This document shows, one piece after another, positions 1 to 9,958 of a stretch of 64,000 nt of DNA (positions within the stretch are counted from its first letter, which is position 1; each line of letters begins with the position of its first letter). A program made the translations under genes and the position numbers. Under the pieces are notes generated by a model. It was not told where the DNA came from and ran no database searches. It was given only the letters and a program-made list of their open reading frames with translations. Origin of the DNA: Dehalococcoidia bacterium (GTDB lineage Bacteria > Chloroflexota > Dehalococcoidia > UBA2979); assembly GCA_965262725.1 (NCBI GenBank), contig OZ253555.1, positions 1,792,001 through 1,856,000 on the forward strand, read 5' to 3'.

Positions 1-2
1 CG

Positions 3-725
3 CAGGTCGGAGGCGACCGGCTTGCCCATTGACTCGGCATCGCCCGCGAAGTCGAGCACGTCGTCGACGATCTGGAAGGCCATCCCGAGGCGCTGCCCGT
101 ACCGCTGCATCGCCTCGATCGCCGCATCCTCCGCACCCGCGACGATGGCACCCCCCTCGGCAGCCGTTGCGAAGAGCGAGGCCGTCTTGCCGGCGATGCG
201 GTCGAAGTAGCGTTGCACGTCCTCGGAGTACTCGAAGGCGGAGAGATCCTGCTGGAGCTCCCCGGTCGCCATCACGCGGAGCGTCCGTGCGAAGGCGCGG
301 ATCGCGCGGATGTTGCCGGTCTCGGCGACGAAGTCGGCCGCGTGGGCGAACATGTAGTCGCCGAGCATGACGCTCGGGCCGTTCTTGAAGAGCGCGGCGG
401 CGGTCGGGCGCCCGCGGCGCTCCGGCGAGGCGTCGATCACGTCGTCGTGCACGAGCGTCGCGGTGTGGAGCAGTTCGACGCTCGCCGCGAGCGGGACGAG
501 CCGTGCCGGCTCGTAGCGCCCGAAACGGCCGGCGAGAAGCGCGACCGCAGGGCGCATGCGCTTCCCGCTGCCCGCGAGCACCGCGCCGAGCATCTCGCGA
601 AGCCACGGGGCCTCGACCTCGGCGAGCGAGGCGAGCTTGGCGTCGACGAGCGGGAGGTCGCCTGCGACCGGGCCGTAGAGCCCGGGCGATACCGAGGAGG
701 GGCGCCCGCCCGCTGAGCTCGCCAT
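3..725 (-). CDS. Polyprenyl diphosphate synthase (trans-IPPS family), runs off the window edge
   Basis: My translation from ATG at 725 gives GKRMRP, ELLHTATLVHDDVID..RRG (first Asp-rich motif), GKTASLF and AFQIVDDVLD (second Asp-rich motif). Not in the ORF track because no stop lies inside the window. Confidence 0.92.
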   Translation of the reverse strand, partial: MASSAGGRPSSVSPGLYGPVAGDLPLVDAKLASLAEVEAPWLREMLGAVLAGSGKRMRPAVALLAGRFGRYEPARLVPLAASVELLHTATLVHDDVIDASPERRGRPTAAALFKNGPSVMLGDYMFAHAADFVAETGNIRAIRAFARTLRVMATGELQQDLSAFEYSEDVQRYFDRIAGKTASLFATAAEGGAIVAGAEDAAIEAMQRYGQRLGMAFQIVDDVLDFAGDAESMGKPVASDL

Positions 726-764
726 CTCTCCGCGCGCCTCCGTCCGCTTCTCCTGCGATACCTC

Positions 765-1616
765 TCAGCCTGTGAGCGTGAAGCCGAAGAGCCTCGCCGC
801 GTTCTCGGCCGTCGCTCTGGCCACGACGCGCTCGCTCTCCCCGCGCAGCGCCGCGACCTCGCGCACGGTGTAGGCGACGTATGCGGGTTCGTTGCGACGC
901 CCGCGGTGCGGTACCGGCGTCAGGTACGGGCAGTCGGTTTCGACGAGCATAGCCGTGAGTGGCGTCTCGCGCGCCACCGAGCGCCCCCGCTCGTTGCCGC
1001 CGTAGGTCACCGTGCCCGGGATCGAGAGGAGGAAACCGAGCTCGACGTAGCGGCGTCCGAGCCCGGTGTCGCCGGCGAAGCAGTGCATCATCCCGATCTC
1101 GCGGTCGGCGCCGAGGTAGCGGCCGGCGCGCGACGCCCACGTCCTGAGCTCCTCGTAGCACTCCTCGTCGGCCCCGCGCGAGTGGATCACCACCGGTAGC
1201 GCGAGCTCGCGGGCCAGTTGGAGCTGCCAGCGGAGCGCGAGCTCCTGATCGGGGCGCGGCGAGAGCTCGCGGTAGAGGTCGAGCCCGATCTCGCCGACCG
1301 CCGCCAGCTCCCCGCTCGCGGCGCCCTCCGCGAGGAGCGTCGCGAGCTCCTCCCGCTCGACCGCGAGACGCGACGCCTCGTGCGGGTGCAGGCCGGCGGC
1401 TGCGTGCACGCGCGGCTCGGAGCACGCGAGCTGAAGCGACTCCGCGCTGGTCGCGAGGTCGACGCCGACCTCGACGATCGCGCTGAGGCCGGCCTTCCAG
1501 GCGCGCGCGAGCACCTCCTCGTGGTCTGAGCGGAGCTCGGGCGACCAGGAGTGCGCGTGCGCGTCGACGAGGGGCGCGTCGATGGCGGCGAGATCCGGCG
1601 CCTCGGCCGCGCTCAC
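765..1616 (-). CDS. tatD: TatD family hydrolase
   Basis: C-terminal part of ORF 765..2681: VDAHAH, GLHPH, VGEIGLD, VIHSR, MHCF, LVETDCPY..RNEP. The GTG start overlaps the metG stop (GTGA). Confidence 0.92.
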   Translation of the reverse strand: MSAAEAPDLAAIDAPLVDAHAHSWSPELRSDHEEVLARAWKAGLSAIVEVGVDLATSAESLQLACSEPRVHAAAGLHPHEASRLAVEREELATLLAEGAASGELAAVGEIGLDLYRELSPRPDQELALRWQLQLARELALPVVIHSRGADEECYEELRTWASRAGRYLGADREIGMMHCFAGDTGLGRRYVELGFLLSIPGTVTYGGNERGRSVARETPLTAMLVETDCPYLTPVPHRGRRNEPAYVAYTVREVAALRGESERVVARATAENAARLFGFTLTG

Positions 1617-3316
1617 GATCCCCCGCCGAGGCGCGCCTCTTCCTCGTCGACCATCGCGACATCGAGCTTGCGGAAGAGCGGGCGCGGCTCGGGGAGCGGC
1701 GTTCCGGCCGGGACCTCGGCGCGGCGCCAGCCCGCCTGCTGGATCTCGCCGGAGTGGCCGAGCATTCGCCACGCCTCGGGCGAGGTGAAGGGGAGGAAGG
1801 GCTGGAGCAGCGTCGCGATTCCCGAGATCACGTTGAGAGCAGTGTGGAGCGTCTCCGCGGCGTGGGCGCGGTCCTCCCTGATCGCGACCCACGGCGCTCG
1901 CTCCTCGAGGTAGCGGTTCGTCTCCCCCGCGAGGGCCATCGGCACGCCGAGAGCGGCGCGCAGCCGCACCGCCTCCAGGTGATCCGCCGCCTCCCCGAAG
2001 GCGGCGTCCGCGCGCTCGAGCAGCGCGCTCGACTCGGGCGCCAGGGGCGTGGACGGCTCGGGCACGCGACCGTCGAAGTGTCGGTACGTGATCGTGAGCA
2101 CGCGGTTGACGAGGTTTCCCCACCTGGCGACGAGCTCGTCGTTCACGCGGCGCACGTAGTCGGCCCACGTGAAGTCGGAGTCGGAGGTCTCGGGCATCAC
2201 CGCGGTCAGGACATAACGCAAGGGATCGGGGTCGTGGCGGTCGAGGTAGTCCGGCATCCAGACCGCCCAGTTGCGGCTCGAGGAGGCCTTGGAGCCCGAG
2301 ATCGTCACGTACTGGTTCGCCGGGACGTCGTAGGGGAGGTTGAGGTCCCCGTACCCCATGAGCATCGCGGGCCAGACCATCGTGTGAAAGGGGACGTTGT
2401 CCTTCCCCTGGAAGTAGATCGTCCGGCAGGCCGGGTCGAGCCAGAAGGCCTTCCATGCGCCGGGATCGCCGCTGCCCTGCGCCCACTCGCGGGTCGCCGA
2501 GAGGTAGCCGATCACGGCCTCGAACCAGACGTAGATGCGCTTGCTCTCGTAGCCCTCGACGGGGACGGGGATCCCCCACTCGATGTCGCGCGTGATCGCG
2601 CGGTCGCGGAGACCCTCGCGCAGCTGGCCGAGCGTGAAGTTGCGCACGGCCGGGCGCCAGTGCTCCTGCGCCTCGACCCACGCCAGGAGTTGCTTGTTAA
2701 ACGCCGGGAGCCGCAGGAAGAAGTGCGTCGAGGAGCGCGGCTCGGGGGTCGCGTCGGAGAGGCGCGAGCGCGGGGTGATGAGATCGAGCGCATCGAGCGT
2801 CGAGCCGCAGCTGTCGCACTGGTCGCCACGCGCGCCGTCGTCGCCGCAGCGGGGGCATGTCCCCTCCACGTAGCGGTCGGGGAGGAAGCGCCTCGCGACG
2901 GCGTCGTAGAGGAGCGTCTGCTCCGCCTCATGCAGGTAGCCGTGCTCCTTCAGGCGCAGGAAAATGTCCTGCGTCACCGAGACGTGGTTGTCGGTGTCAG
3001 TCGAGGTGAAGAGGTCGAACGAGATCCCGAAGCGCTCCCACGTGTCGAGGAAGCTCTCGTGGAAGCGACGGAAGACCGCCTCGGGCGTCGTGCCCTCCTG
3101 CTCGGCACGCACCGTCACCGGCGTCCCGTGGGCGTCGGAGCCCGACACCATCAGGGTGCGGTGCCCGCGCATGCGGTGGTAGCGCGCGACGATGTCGGCC
3201 GGCAGGTAGGCGCCGGCGATCTGCCCCGCGTGCAGCGGGCTGTTCGCATAGGGCCAGGCGACGCAGATGAGGACCGCCGGGATCCCAGAGTCGCCGTCGC
3301 GCTCGTTCTCGGGCAT
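1613..3316 (-). CDS. metG: Methionine--tRNA ligase
   Basis: AWPYAN..HAGQ (HIGH-like), GSDAHG, Zn knuckle CPRC..GDQCDSCG, YVWFEA, GKDNVPFH, KASSS (KMSKS-like). ATG at 3316. Confidence 0.95.
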   Translation of the reverse strand: MPENERDGDSGIPAVLICVAWPYANSPLHAGQIAGAYLPADIVARYHRMRGHRTLMVSGSDAHGTPVTVRAEQEGTTPEAVFRRFHESFLDTWERFGISFDLFTSTDTDNHVSVTQDIFLRLKEHGYLHEAEQTLLYDAVARRFLPDRYVEGTCPRCGDDGARGDQCDSCGSTLDALDLITPRSRLSDATPEPRSSTHFFLRLPAFNKQLLAWVEAQEHWRPAVRNFTLGQLREGLRDRAITRDIEWGIPVPVEGYESKRIYVWFEAVIGYLSATREWAQGSGDPGAWKAFWLDPACRTIYFQGKDNVPFHTMVWPAMLMGYGDLNLPYDVPANQYVTISGSKASSSRNWAVWMPDYLDRHDPDPLRYVLTAVMPETSDSDFTWADYVRRVNDELVARWGNLVNRVLTITYRHFDGRVPEPSTPLAPESSALLERADAAFGEAADHLEAVRLRAALGVPMALAGETNRYLEERAPWVAIREDRAHAAETLHTALNVISGIATLLQPFLPFTSPEAWRMLGHSGEIQQAGWRRAEVPAGTPLPEPRPLFRKLDVAMVDEEEARLGGGS

Positions 3317-3654
3317 CGGTCTGATGGTAGCAGCGTCGCCCGCTGCGCTATATCTGGTCGACCGGCGCCTGATCGGGTCGTGCACCGCCGCCGGCGCGCC
3401 CGCTCCTCCCCGGGCATCGGCCGGGTGCGGGCGTGCCGCGTTGCGTCCTCCGGGCGGCGGCCGTACCATCGCTGGCACGCACCGAGGCGGTGCGGTCGGG
3501 CGAGCCTGCAGGGCCCGCCGAGGCGCAGGACCGGAGAAACCGCCGGGTGATCCGACCGAGCGTGATGGGCAAGGACCCCGCCGCACACCGGTGGGGTCCT
3601 CGTGTATCTGCGGCGCCTCCGGGAGCGCCGCGTAACTGGCGATGACGGAATCGA

Positions 3655-3687
3655 GACGGCCCCCGCCAGCGGGGGCCGTCCGGTTTT
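3655..3687 (+). terminator. Terminator-like hairpin in the guaB3 leader
   Basis: GACGGCCCCCG-CCAG-CGGGGGCCGTC followed by CGGTTTT, about 50 nt before the guaB3 start. Confidence 0.5.
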
Positions 3688-3738
3688 CGGGGGTGGGAAC
3701 GGCGTGCGGGCGACGCGGAGTGCTAGGGAGTGGCGGCA

Positions 3739-4941
3739 ATGACGACTGAGACGCGCCTCGGGCTGGCGAAAGCCGGCGATGCGGGCTTCGAGGCGCCACG
3801 CAAGCAGCTGGAGCAGGCCTGGGGATTCGACGACGTCGCGATCGTGCCGGGCGCGGTCACGACCAATCCCGACCTCGTGAGCACGAGCATGGCGCTCGGC
3901 GAGCGGAGCTTCGCGCTGCCGATCCTCGCCTCGGCGATGGACGCCGTCGTCGACCCCTCGTTCGCCGCAGCGCTCTCGCGCGCCGGCGGGCTCGCCGTTC
4001 TCAACCTGGAGGGGGTGCAGACCCGCTACGACGACCCCTCCGCGGTGCTGGCGGAGATCGCCTCGGCGGGGATGGAAGAATCCACCGCCGTCATCCAGCG
4101 CTCCTACGAGCCGCCGATCCGCGACGATCTCGTCGCCCGCCGCATCCAGGAGATCCGCGCGATGGGCGCGGTCGTCGCCGTCTCCGCCACGCCCCAGAAC
4201 ACGAAGCGCCTCGCGCCGATCGCCGTCGAGGCCGGCGCCGACTTCTTCGTCGTCCAGTCGACCGTGACGACTGCCCGGCACGTCTCCAGCTCGCTACGCG
4301 GGCTTCAGCTCGACGACCTCGTTCGCCAGCTCGACCCGTTGCCCGTGCTCGTCGGCAACACCGTCGACTTCGGGGCGACGCTGGAGTTGATGGAGATGGG
4401 TGTCGCCGGCGTCCTGGTCGGCGTGGGCCCTGGCGCCGCCTGCACGTCTCGCGAGGTGCTGGGCATCGGCATCCCGCAGGTCTCCGCGACGCTTGAGACG
4501 GCGCATGCGCGCGACGTCTTCTTCGCCCGGACCGGCCGCTACGTCCCGATCATCACCGACGGCGGGATCCGCACCGGTGGTGACGTCGCGAAGGCGATCT
4601 GCGCGGGGGCCGACGCCGTGATGATCGGCTCGCCGTTCGCCTCGACGCTGGAGGCGCCCGGCCACGGCTGCCACTGGGGCATGGCCGCGCCGCACGCGAC
4701 GCTCCCGCGCGGTGTTCGCGTCCACGTAGGGCAGCCGCACTCGCTGGAGACCCTGCTCTTCGGGCCGACCTCGCGGACCGACGGGACGGAGAACCTGGTC
4801 GGGGCGCTGCGCACGTCGATGGCGACCTGTGGCGCCCTCTCCATCCGCGAGTTCCACGATGCGCGCATGGTGGTTGCCCCCGCGATCAAGACGGAGGGCA
4901 AGATCTACCAGATGGCGCAGCAGCGCTCCGCCGCGCCCTAG
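3739..4941 (+). CDS. guaB: GuaB3 family IMP dehydrogenase-related protein
   Basis: WGFDDVAIVP, ASAMDAVV, GVGPGAACTSR (catalytic Cys), ITDGG, HWGMA; no CBS domains. ATG 3739 follows AGGGAG. Confidence 0.9.
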   Translation: MTTETRLGLAKAGDAGFEAPRKQLEQAWGFDDVAIVPGAVTTNPDLVSTSMALGERSFALPILASAMDAVVDPSFAAALSRAGGLAVLNLEGVQTRYDDPSAVLAEIASAGMEESTAVIQRSYEPPIRDDLVARRIQEIRAMGAVVAVSATPQNTKRLAPIAVEAGADFFVVQSTVTTARHVSSSLRGLQLDDLVRQLDPLPVLVGNTVDFGATLELMEMGVAGVLVGVGPGAACTSREVLGIGIPQVSATLETAHARDVFFARTGRYVPIITDGGIRTGGDVAKAICAGADAVMIGSPFASTLEAPGHGCHWGMAAPHATLPRGVRVHVGQPHSLETLLFGPTSRTDGTENLVGALRTSMATCGALSIREFHDARMVVAPAIKTEGKIYQMAQQRSAAP

Positions 4942-4968
4942 CCCTTCGCCCGCGAGGCCGGGTCGAGG

Positions 4969-5910
4969 TCAGGGAGCGGGAGGGCGCTCGTCGCGCGGGT
5001 AGCCTCGCCGTGCCTCCACCACGCGCACGATTCCCCGCAGGTCGCGGTGCCGGCCCAGGTCGAGCTCCGGGCCGAGCGCCTCGATGAGCAGGTCCTCGAC
5101 GAAGGCGGCCTGCCCGGCGCCCACCTCGAGCAGCGCGGCGTGCGGGCCCGGCGCGAGATGCGCCGGCAGCTGCGCGACCAGGCGGCGGATGACGGCGAGG
5201 CCGTCCTCGCCGCCGTCGACGGCGAGATCCGGCTCCGCCTCGCGGATCTCCGGCGGGAGCAGCGCGAGCTCCCCGCTCGGGATGTAGGGGAGGTTCGCGA
5301 GAACGACGTCGACGGGCTCGCCCACCGGCTCGAGCAGGTCGCCCGCGAGCAGCACGACGCGATCCTCGAGACCGAGGCGGCGGCGGTTGCGCCCGGCCCA
5401 CGCGAGCGCCGCCGTCGAGGCGTCGGTGGCGAGGACCGTCACCGTCGGGGCGTGCCGGGCGACGGCGAGAGCCACCGTGCCCGGCCCCGTTCCGACGTCG
5501 GCGACGAGGACGCGCCGACGGGCGCGCGGGTGGTCGCGGATCGCCGCGAGCGCGGCCTCCACCAGCGTCTCCGTCTCCGGCCTCGGGATCAGCGCGCCGG
5601 GCCCGACGAGATAGCTGAGGCCGTGGAACTCGCGCGTGCCGGTGATGTAGGCGAGGGGCTCGCCGCCGAGCCGGCGCGCGTGGAGCTCACGGAACCGCGG
5701 CCACGCCTCCGCCGACGGCGGCCCGGCTCCGTGCGCGATCACCTGGGCGCGATCGAGGCCTGACGCCTCGCCGTAGAGGAGCTCCGCCTCGAGGCGCGCC
5801 TCGGCGGCATCGCCCGATCGGCGCCTCGAGAGGAGCTCGCCCGCGGCTCCCGCGAGCAGCGCGCGGAGCGGCCCGGGCGGCCGGGCGCCTCCGGTCGGTG
5901 GATCGGGCAT
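4969..5910 (-). CDS. prmC: Release factor glutamine methyltransferase (HemK)
   Basis: GEPLAYITG..F, LIPRPETETLVE, DVGTGPG, ANLPYI, AVDGGEDGL, LEVG. Confidence 0.92.
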   Translation of the reverse strand: MPDPPTGGARPPGPLRALLAGAAGELLSRRRSGDAAEARLEAELLYGEASGLDRAQVIAHGAGPPSAEAWPRFRELHARRLGGEPLAYITGTREFHGLSYLVGPGALIPRPETETLVEAALAAIRDHPRARRRVLVADVGTGPGTVALAVARHAPTVTVLATDASTAALAWAGRNRRRLGLEDRVVLLAGDLLEPVGEPVDVVLANLPYIPSGELALLPPEIREAEPDLAVDGGEDGLAVIRRLVAQLPAHLAPGPHAALLEVGAGQAAFVEDLLIEALGPELDLGRHRDLRGIVRVVEARRGYPRDERPPAP

Positions 5911-5960
5911 CGTCTTCCCTCCCCGGGGCGGATGGACGGCGCCACGATATCTCGCCCGCG

Positions 5961-6323
5961 GCCCCGGCGCGGCTCCGGCGCGGCCCCGGCGCGGCTCCGG
6001 TGCGGCTCCGGCGCGGCCCCGGCGCGGCTCCGGCGCGGCCCCGGCGCGGCTCCGGCGCGGCCCCGGCGCGGCTCCGGTGCGGCTCCGGCGCGGCCCCGGC
6101 GCGGCTCCGGCGCGGCCCCGGCGCGGCTCCGGCGCGGCCCCGGCGCGGCTCCGGTGCGGCTCCGGCGCGGCCCCGGCGCGGCTCCGGCGCGGCCCCGGCG
6201 CGGCTCCGGCGCGGCCCCGGCGCGGCTCCGGTGCGGCTCCGGCGCGGCCCCGGCGCGGCTCCGGCGCGGCCCCGGCGCGACTCCGGCGCGGCCCCGGCGC
6301 GGCCCCGGCGCGGCCCCGGCGCG
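5961..6323. repeat. 33 x 11-bp GC-rich tandem repeat GCYCCGGCGCG with a 77-bp higher-order period
   Basis: Units counted directly. The variant unit GCTCCGGTGCG recurs with its T at 6001, 6078, 6155 and 6232. Lies between divergent prmC and qor. Confidence 0.95.
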
Positions 6324-6374
6324 GCGCGCTGATAGGATCGGCTTCCCCGAGGGCGGTCCGCGTGAGGAGGAGCG

Positions 6375-7349
6375 ATGCGAGCGATCCGCGTCCACGAGAC
6401 GGGCGGCCCCGAGGCCCTTCGCGCCGAGGAGCTGCCGAAGCCGGAGCCCGGTCCTGGCGAGGCGCTGGTCGCCGTCGCGGCGGCCGGCATCAACTTCATC
6501 GACATCTACCAGCGCTCGGGGCTCTACGCGCTGCCGCTGCCGTTCACGGCCGGATCGGAGGCCGCAGGGACGGTCGAGGCGGTCGGGGAGGGCGTCTCCG
6601 AGGTCGCGGTCGGCGACGCGGTCGCCTACTGCGGCGTGCTCGGCGCCTACGCCGAGTACGCGGTCGTGCCGGTGGATCGGCTGGTGCGCATTCCCGACGG
6701 CGTCACGCCCCACCAGGCGGCGGCGCTGATGCTGCAGGGGATGACCGCGCACTACCTCGCGGTGGACACCTTCCCGCTCTCGCGCGGCGACACGGCCCTC
6801 GTCCACGCCGCTGCCGGCGGCGTCGGCCTCCTGCTCACGCAGATCGCGAAGCGGCGCCAGGCGGTGGTCGTCGCCACCGTCTCCACGGAGGACAAGGCCG
6901 AGCTCGCCGTGCGCGCCGGCGCCGACCACGTCATCCTCTACCGCGACCGGGACTTCGTCGCCGAGGCAGAGCGGCTCGTTGGACCGCATACCGTCGACGT
7001 CGTCTACGACTCGGTGGGTAACGACACGCTCCGCGGCTCGATGCGCCTGCTCAGGCCGCGCGGGATGCTCGTCTCCTACGGCCAGGCGAGCGGACCGCCC
7101 GATCCCATCGAGACGCGTGAGCTCCAGGATGCAGGCAGCATCTTCCTCACGCGCCCCAGCCTCGCCCACTACATCGCTCGCCGCGACGAGCTCGAGCGGC
7201 GCTCGGCCGAGCTCCTCGGCTGGGTCGCGGACGGCGACCTCGCGCTGCGCATCGACCGCCAGCTTCCCCTCGACGAGGCGGCGGAGGCGCAGCGGCTGCT
7301 CGCCTCCCGCGCCACCGCCGGGAAGCTGCTCCTGGTGACCGGGCGGTAG
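6375..7349 (+). CDS. qor: NADPH:quinone oxidoreductase (MDR family)
   Basis: [42 protein letters not shown]; strong SD GAGGAGG. Confidence 0.92.
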   Translation: MRAIRVHETGGPEALRAEELPKPEPGPGEALVAVAAAGINFIDIYQRSGLYALPLPFTAGSEAAGTVEAVGEGVSEVAVGDAVAYCGVLGAYAEYAVVPVDRLVRIPDGVTPHQAAALMLQGMTAHYLAVDTFPLSRGDTALVHAAAGGVGLLLTQIAKRRQAVVVATVSTEDKAELAVRAGADHVILYRDRDFVAEAERLVGPHTVDVVYDSVGNDTLRGSMRLLRPRGMLVSYGQASGPPDPIETRELQDAGSIFLTRPSLAHYIARRDELERRSAELLGWVADGDLALRIDRQLPLDEAAEAQRLLASRATAGKLLLVTGR

Positions 7350-7414
7350 ACAGCCCCGGCTGGGGGCTCTCGCGGCCTCAAGCGGCCGCTGGCAGCGCGG
7401 GGTATCCTCTGTCG

Positions 7415-8302
7415 GTGAGCGAACTGAGCATTCTCGAGCGCCCGGAGCTCCGCCGGCCGCTGCTGATCACGGCCTTCGCCGGGTGGAACGACGCGGGCAG
7501 CTCCGCCACCGGGGTGATCCGCCATCTGCTCAGGCGCTGGCGCTGCGAGACGCTCGCCGAGATCGACCCCGAGCCCTACTACGACTTCACGCAGGCCCGT
7601 CCGACGGTCCGGATCGTCGACGGCGAGCGGGTCATCGAGTGGCCGCGGAACCGCTTCTCGTGGCGGACGCTGGAGGGCGGCGATCGCGATCTGATCCTCT
7701 TCTCCGGCATCGAGCCGCACACCGGCTGGCGCGGCTACGTCGGCTGCCTCATGGAGCTGTGCCGGGTCTTCGACGTCTCGGGCGTGATCACGCTCGGGGC
7801 CCTGCTGGCGGAGGTGAGCCACGCGCGACCGGTGCCGCTGCTCGGCTCCTCGGCGGATGACTACCTGGCTCGCCGCCTCGACCTGGGCGCGCAGGGCGCG
7901 AGCGGGTACGAGGGCCCCACGGGCGTGGTCGGCGTGCTCTCGCAGGCCGTGCGCGAGGCCGGGGTCGCCTCCGCCTCGCTGTGGGCGAGCGTGCCGTTCT
8001 ACGTGAACGCGTCGCCGAACCCCAAGGGTGCCCTCGCGCTCCTGGAGCGCCTCAACGACGGCCTTGAGCTCAAGCTCTCACTGCACGATCTGGAGGTCTT
8101 CGCCGCCCGCTTCGATGCGCAGGTGCAGGCGGAGGTGGAGAAGGATCCGCAGATGGTGGAGTACGCGCGCCGCATCGAGGAGCAGCTCGACTCCGCGGAG
8201 GACGGGACGGGCTCCACCCCCACTCCCCCTGCCGAGCTGCCGGACGCGGCGTCGATGGTGGAGGAGCTCGAGCGCTTCCTGCGCGAGCAGCGCGATAGCT
8301 GA
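7415..8302 (+). CDS. PAC2 (proteasome assembly chaperone) family protein
   Basis: AFAGWNDAG, YYDFTQARP, GIEPH, YEGPTG, LWASVP.Y, C-terminal ELERFLREQ. Confidence 0.85.
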   Translation: MSELSILERPELRRPLLITAFAGWNDAGSSATGVIRHLLRRWRCETLAEIDPEPYYDFTQARPTVRIVDGERVIEWPRNRFSWRTLEGGDRDLILFSGIEPHTGWRGYVGCLMELCRVFDVSGVITLGALLAEVSHARPVPLLGSSADDYLARRLDLGAQGASGYEGPTGVVGVLSQAVREAGVASASLWASVPFYVNASPNPKGALALLERLNDGLELKLSLHDLEVFAARFDAQVQAEVEKDPQMVEYARRIEEQLDSAEDGTGSTPTPPAELPDAASMVEELERFLREQRDS

Positions 8303-8494
8303 CGTGCGTCGAGCGGCTGCCACAGCGGGGCATCGCCGCCGCGCCCGTGGCGAGACGGGATGAGGCAGCGGGCGGTGCTCGCCTCCGCCGCCTGACGTCC
8401 GCACTCCAGACCTGCAATTCCGGGATGCCAGCCTGCATGATTGCGCGGCTGCTAGACTTCGCGCGACGAAGCGGCACACCCGGGGAGGTGACGT

Positions 8495-9004
8495 GTGGCT
8501 GTCCAGCTGATCGTGGCCCATCAGACGGCGGAGAGCCCGGAGCTCATTAATCATGTTCGCGAGGTGATCGCCGCGGACCCCGAGGCGGAGTTCGTTCTCC
8601 TGGTCCCGGCGACGCCCGCCCGCGAGCTTCGCACCGGCGAGACCGGACGCGGCCAGGCGATCGCCGGCATCAGGGGAGGCAGCGCTGCCGCGCTCCTGCG
8701 AGCGGCCGGCGTGCGCGTGCGTCGCGTGGCGGTCGGGGACCGCGATCCGGTCACGGCAGCCGGGGCGGAAGTCGAGGCCCATCCCGGCGAGTACGCGGGC
8801 GTGGTCGTGGTGACGCTCCCTCCGGGCTTCTCGCGCTGGCTGCGGCGCGATCTCCCTCACCAGGTGGAGAGCCGCGTCGGACTCCCGGTCACCCATGTCG
8901 TCGCGCATTCGGCCGGCGGCGAGCCACGCCCGGCGGGCGAGGAGCATCCGCTGAGCAAGAGCGCGGCCGTTCAGGAGTTCCTGCAGGAGACGCAGTGGCG
9001 GTAG
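8495..9004 (+). CDS. Hypothetical protein, possibly universal-stress-protein-like fold
   Basis: GTG after GGAGG. LIVAHQT..LLVPATP..VGDRDP..VVVTLP..SRWLRRDLP..LPVTHV resembles small USP-like proteins. Confidence 0.6.
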   Translation: MAVQLIVAHQTAESPELINHVREVIAADPEAEFVLLVPATPARELRTGETGRGQAIAGIRGGSAAALLRAAGVRVRRVAVGDRDPVTAAGAEVEAHPGEYAGVVVVTLPPGFSRWLRRDLPHQVESRVGLPVTHVVAHSAGGEPRPAGEEHPLSKSAAVQEFLQETQWR

Positions 9005-9201
9005 TCGGCCCCGCCTCCGGCAGATCGTGGTTGGTTCGCCGGGCGCGCCGCTTGCGGTAGGGCCGCCGGTGCCCGGGCTGGAGGATGCCGTTCGCTCGCG
9101 GGCGGATCGCCCACCTGGCCCGCCCGCGCCGGGGTACGGCGACCGCCGTCGGCCCTTGCCCCCTCGGTCGGTGATGCTACCCTAGGGCCACGACGACACG
9201 A

Positions 9202-9334
9202 GCGTGTCTTTAAGGCCGGTCCGGCGAGGCCGGGAAGGGACGCAGCATGAGCCTCCACATCTGCGCACCTTTCGCGTCCGCTCGCGTGGGCGCCGCCAGC
9301 AGGCCCTCTCGCCCCGTCGAGAGGGTTCTTTTTT
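9202..9334 (+). promoter_or_regulatory. PyrR-binding site and attenuator terminator
   Basis: CTTTAA (9208-9213) plus GGTCCGGCGAGGCC (9218-9231) match the PyrR binding-loop consensus. Hairpin CCCTCTCG..CGAGAGGG with TTCTTTTTT at 9304-9334 lies just before pyrR. Confidence 0.88.
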
Positions 9335-9376
9335 GCGGTGACCTCCTGACGCCGCCGGCGATCGGAGGTCGCGCCG

Positions 9377-9958
9377 ATGAATGACCCGATCACGACGCCG
9401 GCCGCCTCCGCGGAGCCAGCCAGCTCGCTTCTGCTCGACTCCGGCGGCGTTCGCCGCACCATCACCCGCATGGCGCACGAGATCGCGGAGCGCAACGAGG
9501 GCGTGCGCGACATCGTGCTGGCGGGCGTGCATCGCCGGGGCGTCCCGCTGGCGCGGCGCCTGGCCGAGGAGATCGAGCGCTTCGCGAACGTGCGTCCGCT
9601 CCTCGGCTCGCTCGACGTGACGATGCACCGTGACGACTTCGCCGCGCGCGGCCTGCGCAGCGAGCCGCGCGAGAGCGCGCTCCCCGACGTGGAGGGACGC
9701 ATCGTCGTGCTGGTCGACGACGTGCTCTACACGGGGCGCACCGTCCGCGCCGCGCTCGACGCGCTCACCGACTTCGGGCGGCCGAGCACCGTGCGCCTCG
9801 CCGTCCTCGTCGACCGGGGGCACCGCGAGCTCCCGATCCGCGCCGACATCGTCGGTAAGAACATTCCCACGGCCCGCGGTGACTCCGTCCGCGTCCTGCT
9901 CGCGGAGGAGGACGGCTGCGACGCCGTGCTCGTGCTGTCGGGGAGGAGCCAGCGATGA
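9377..9958 (+). CDS. pyrR: Pyrimidine operon regulator / uracil phosphoribosyltransferase
   Basis: RMAHEIAERN, LDVTMHRDD, LVDDVLYTGRT, DRGHRELPIRAD. Confidence 0.95.
   Translation: MNDPITTPAASAEPASSLLLDSGGVRRTITRMAHEIAERNEGVRDIVLAGVHRRGVPLARRLAEEIERFANVRPLLGSLDVTMHRDDFAARGLRSEPRESALPDVEGRIVVLVDDVLYTGRTVRAALDALTDFGRPSTVRLAVLVDRGHRELPIRADIVGKNIPTARGDSVRVLLAEEDGCDAVLVLSGRSQR

Noticed and set aside
5961-6323. Possible CRISPR array or repeat-protein ORFs (5687..6505, 5932..6729 etc.)
   Set aside because: No unique spacers and no cas genes; the ORFs are open only because the repeat lacks stop codons.
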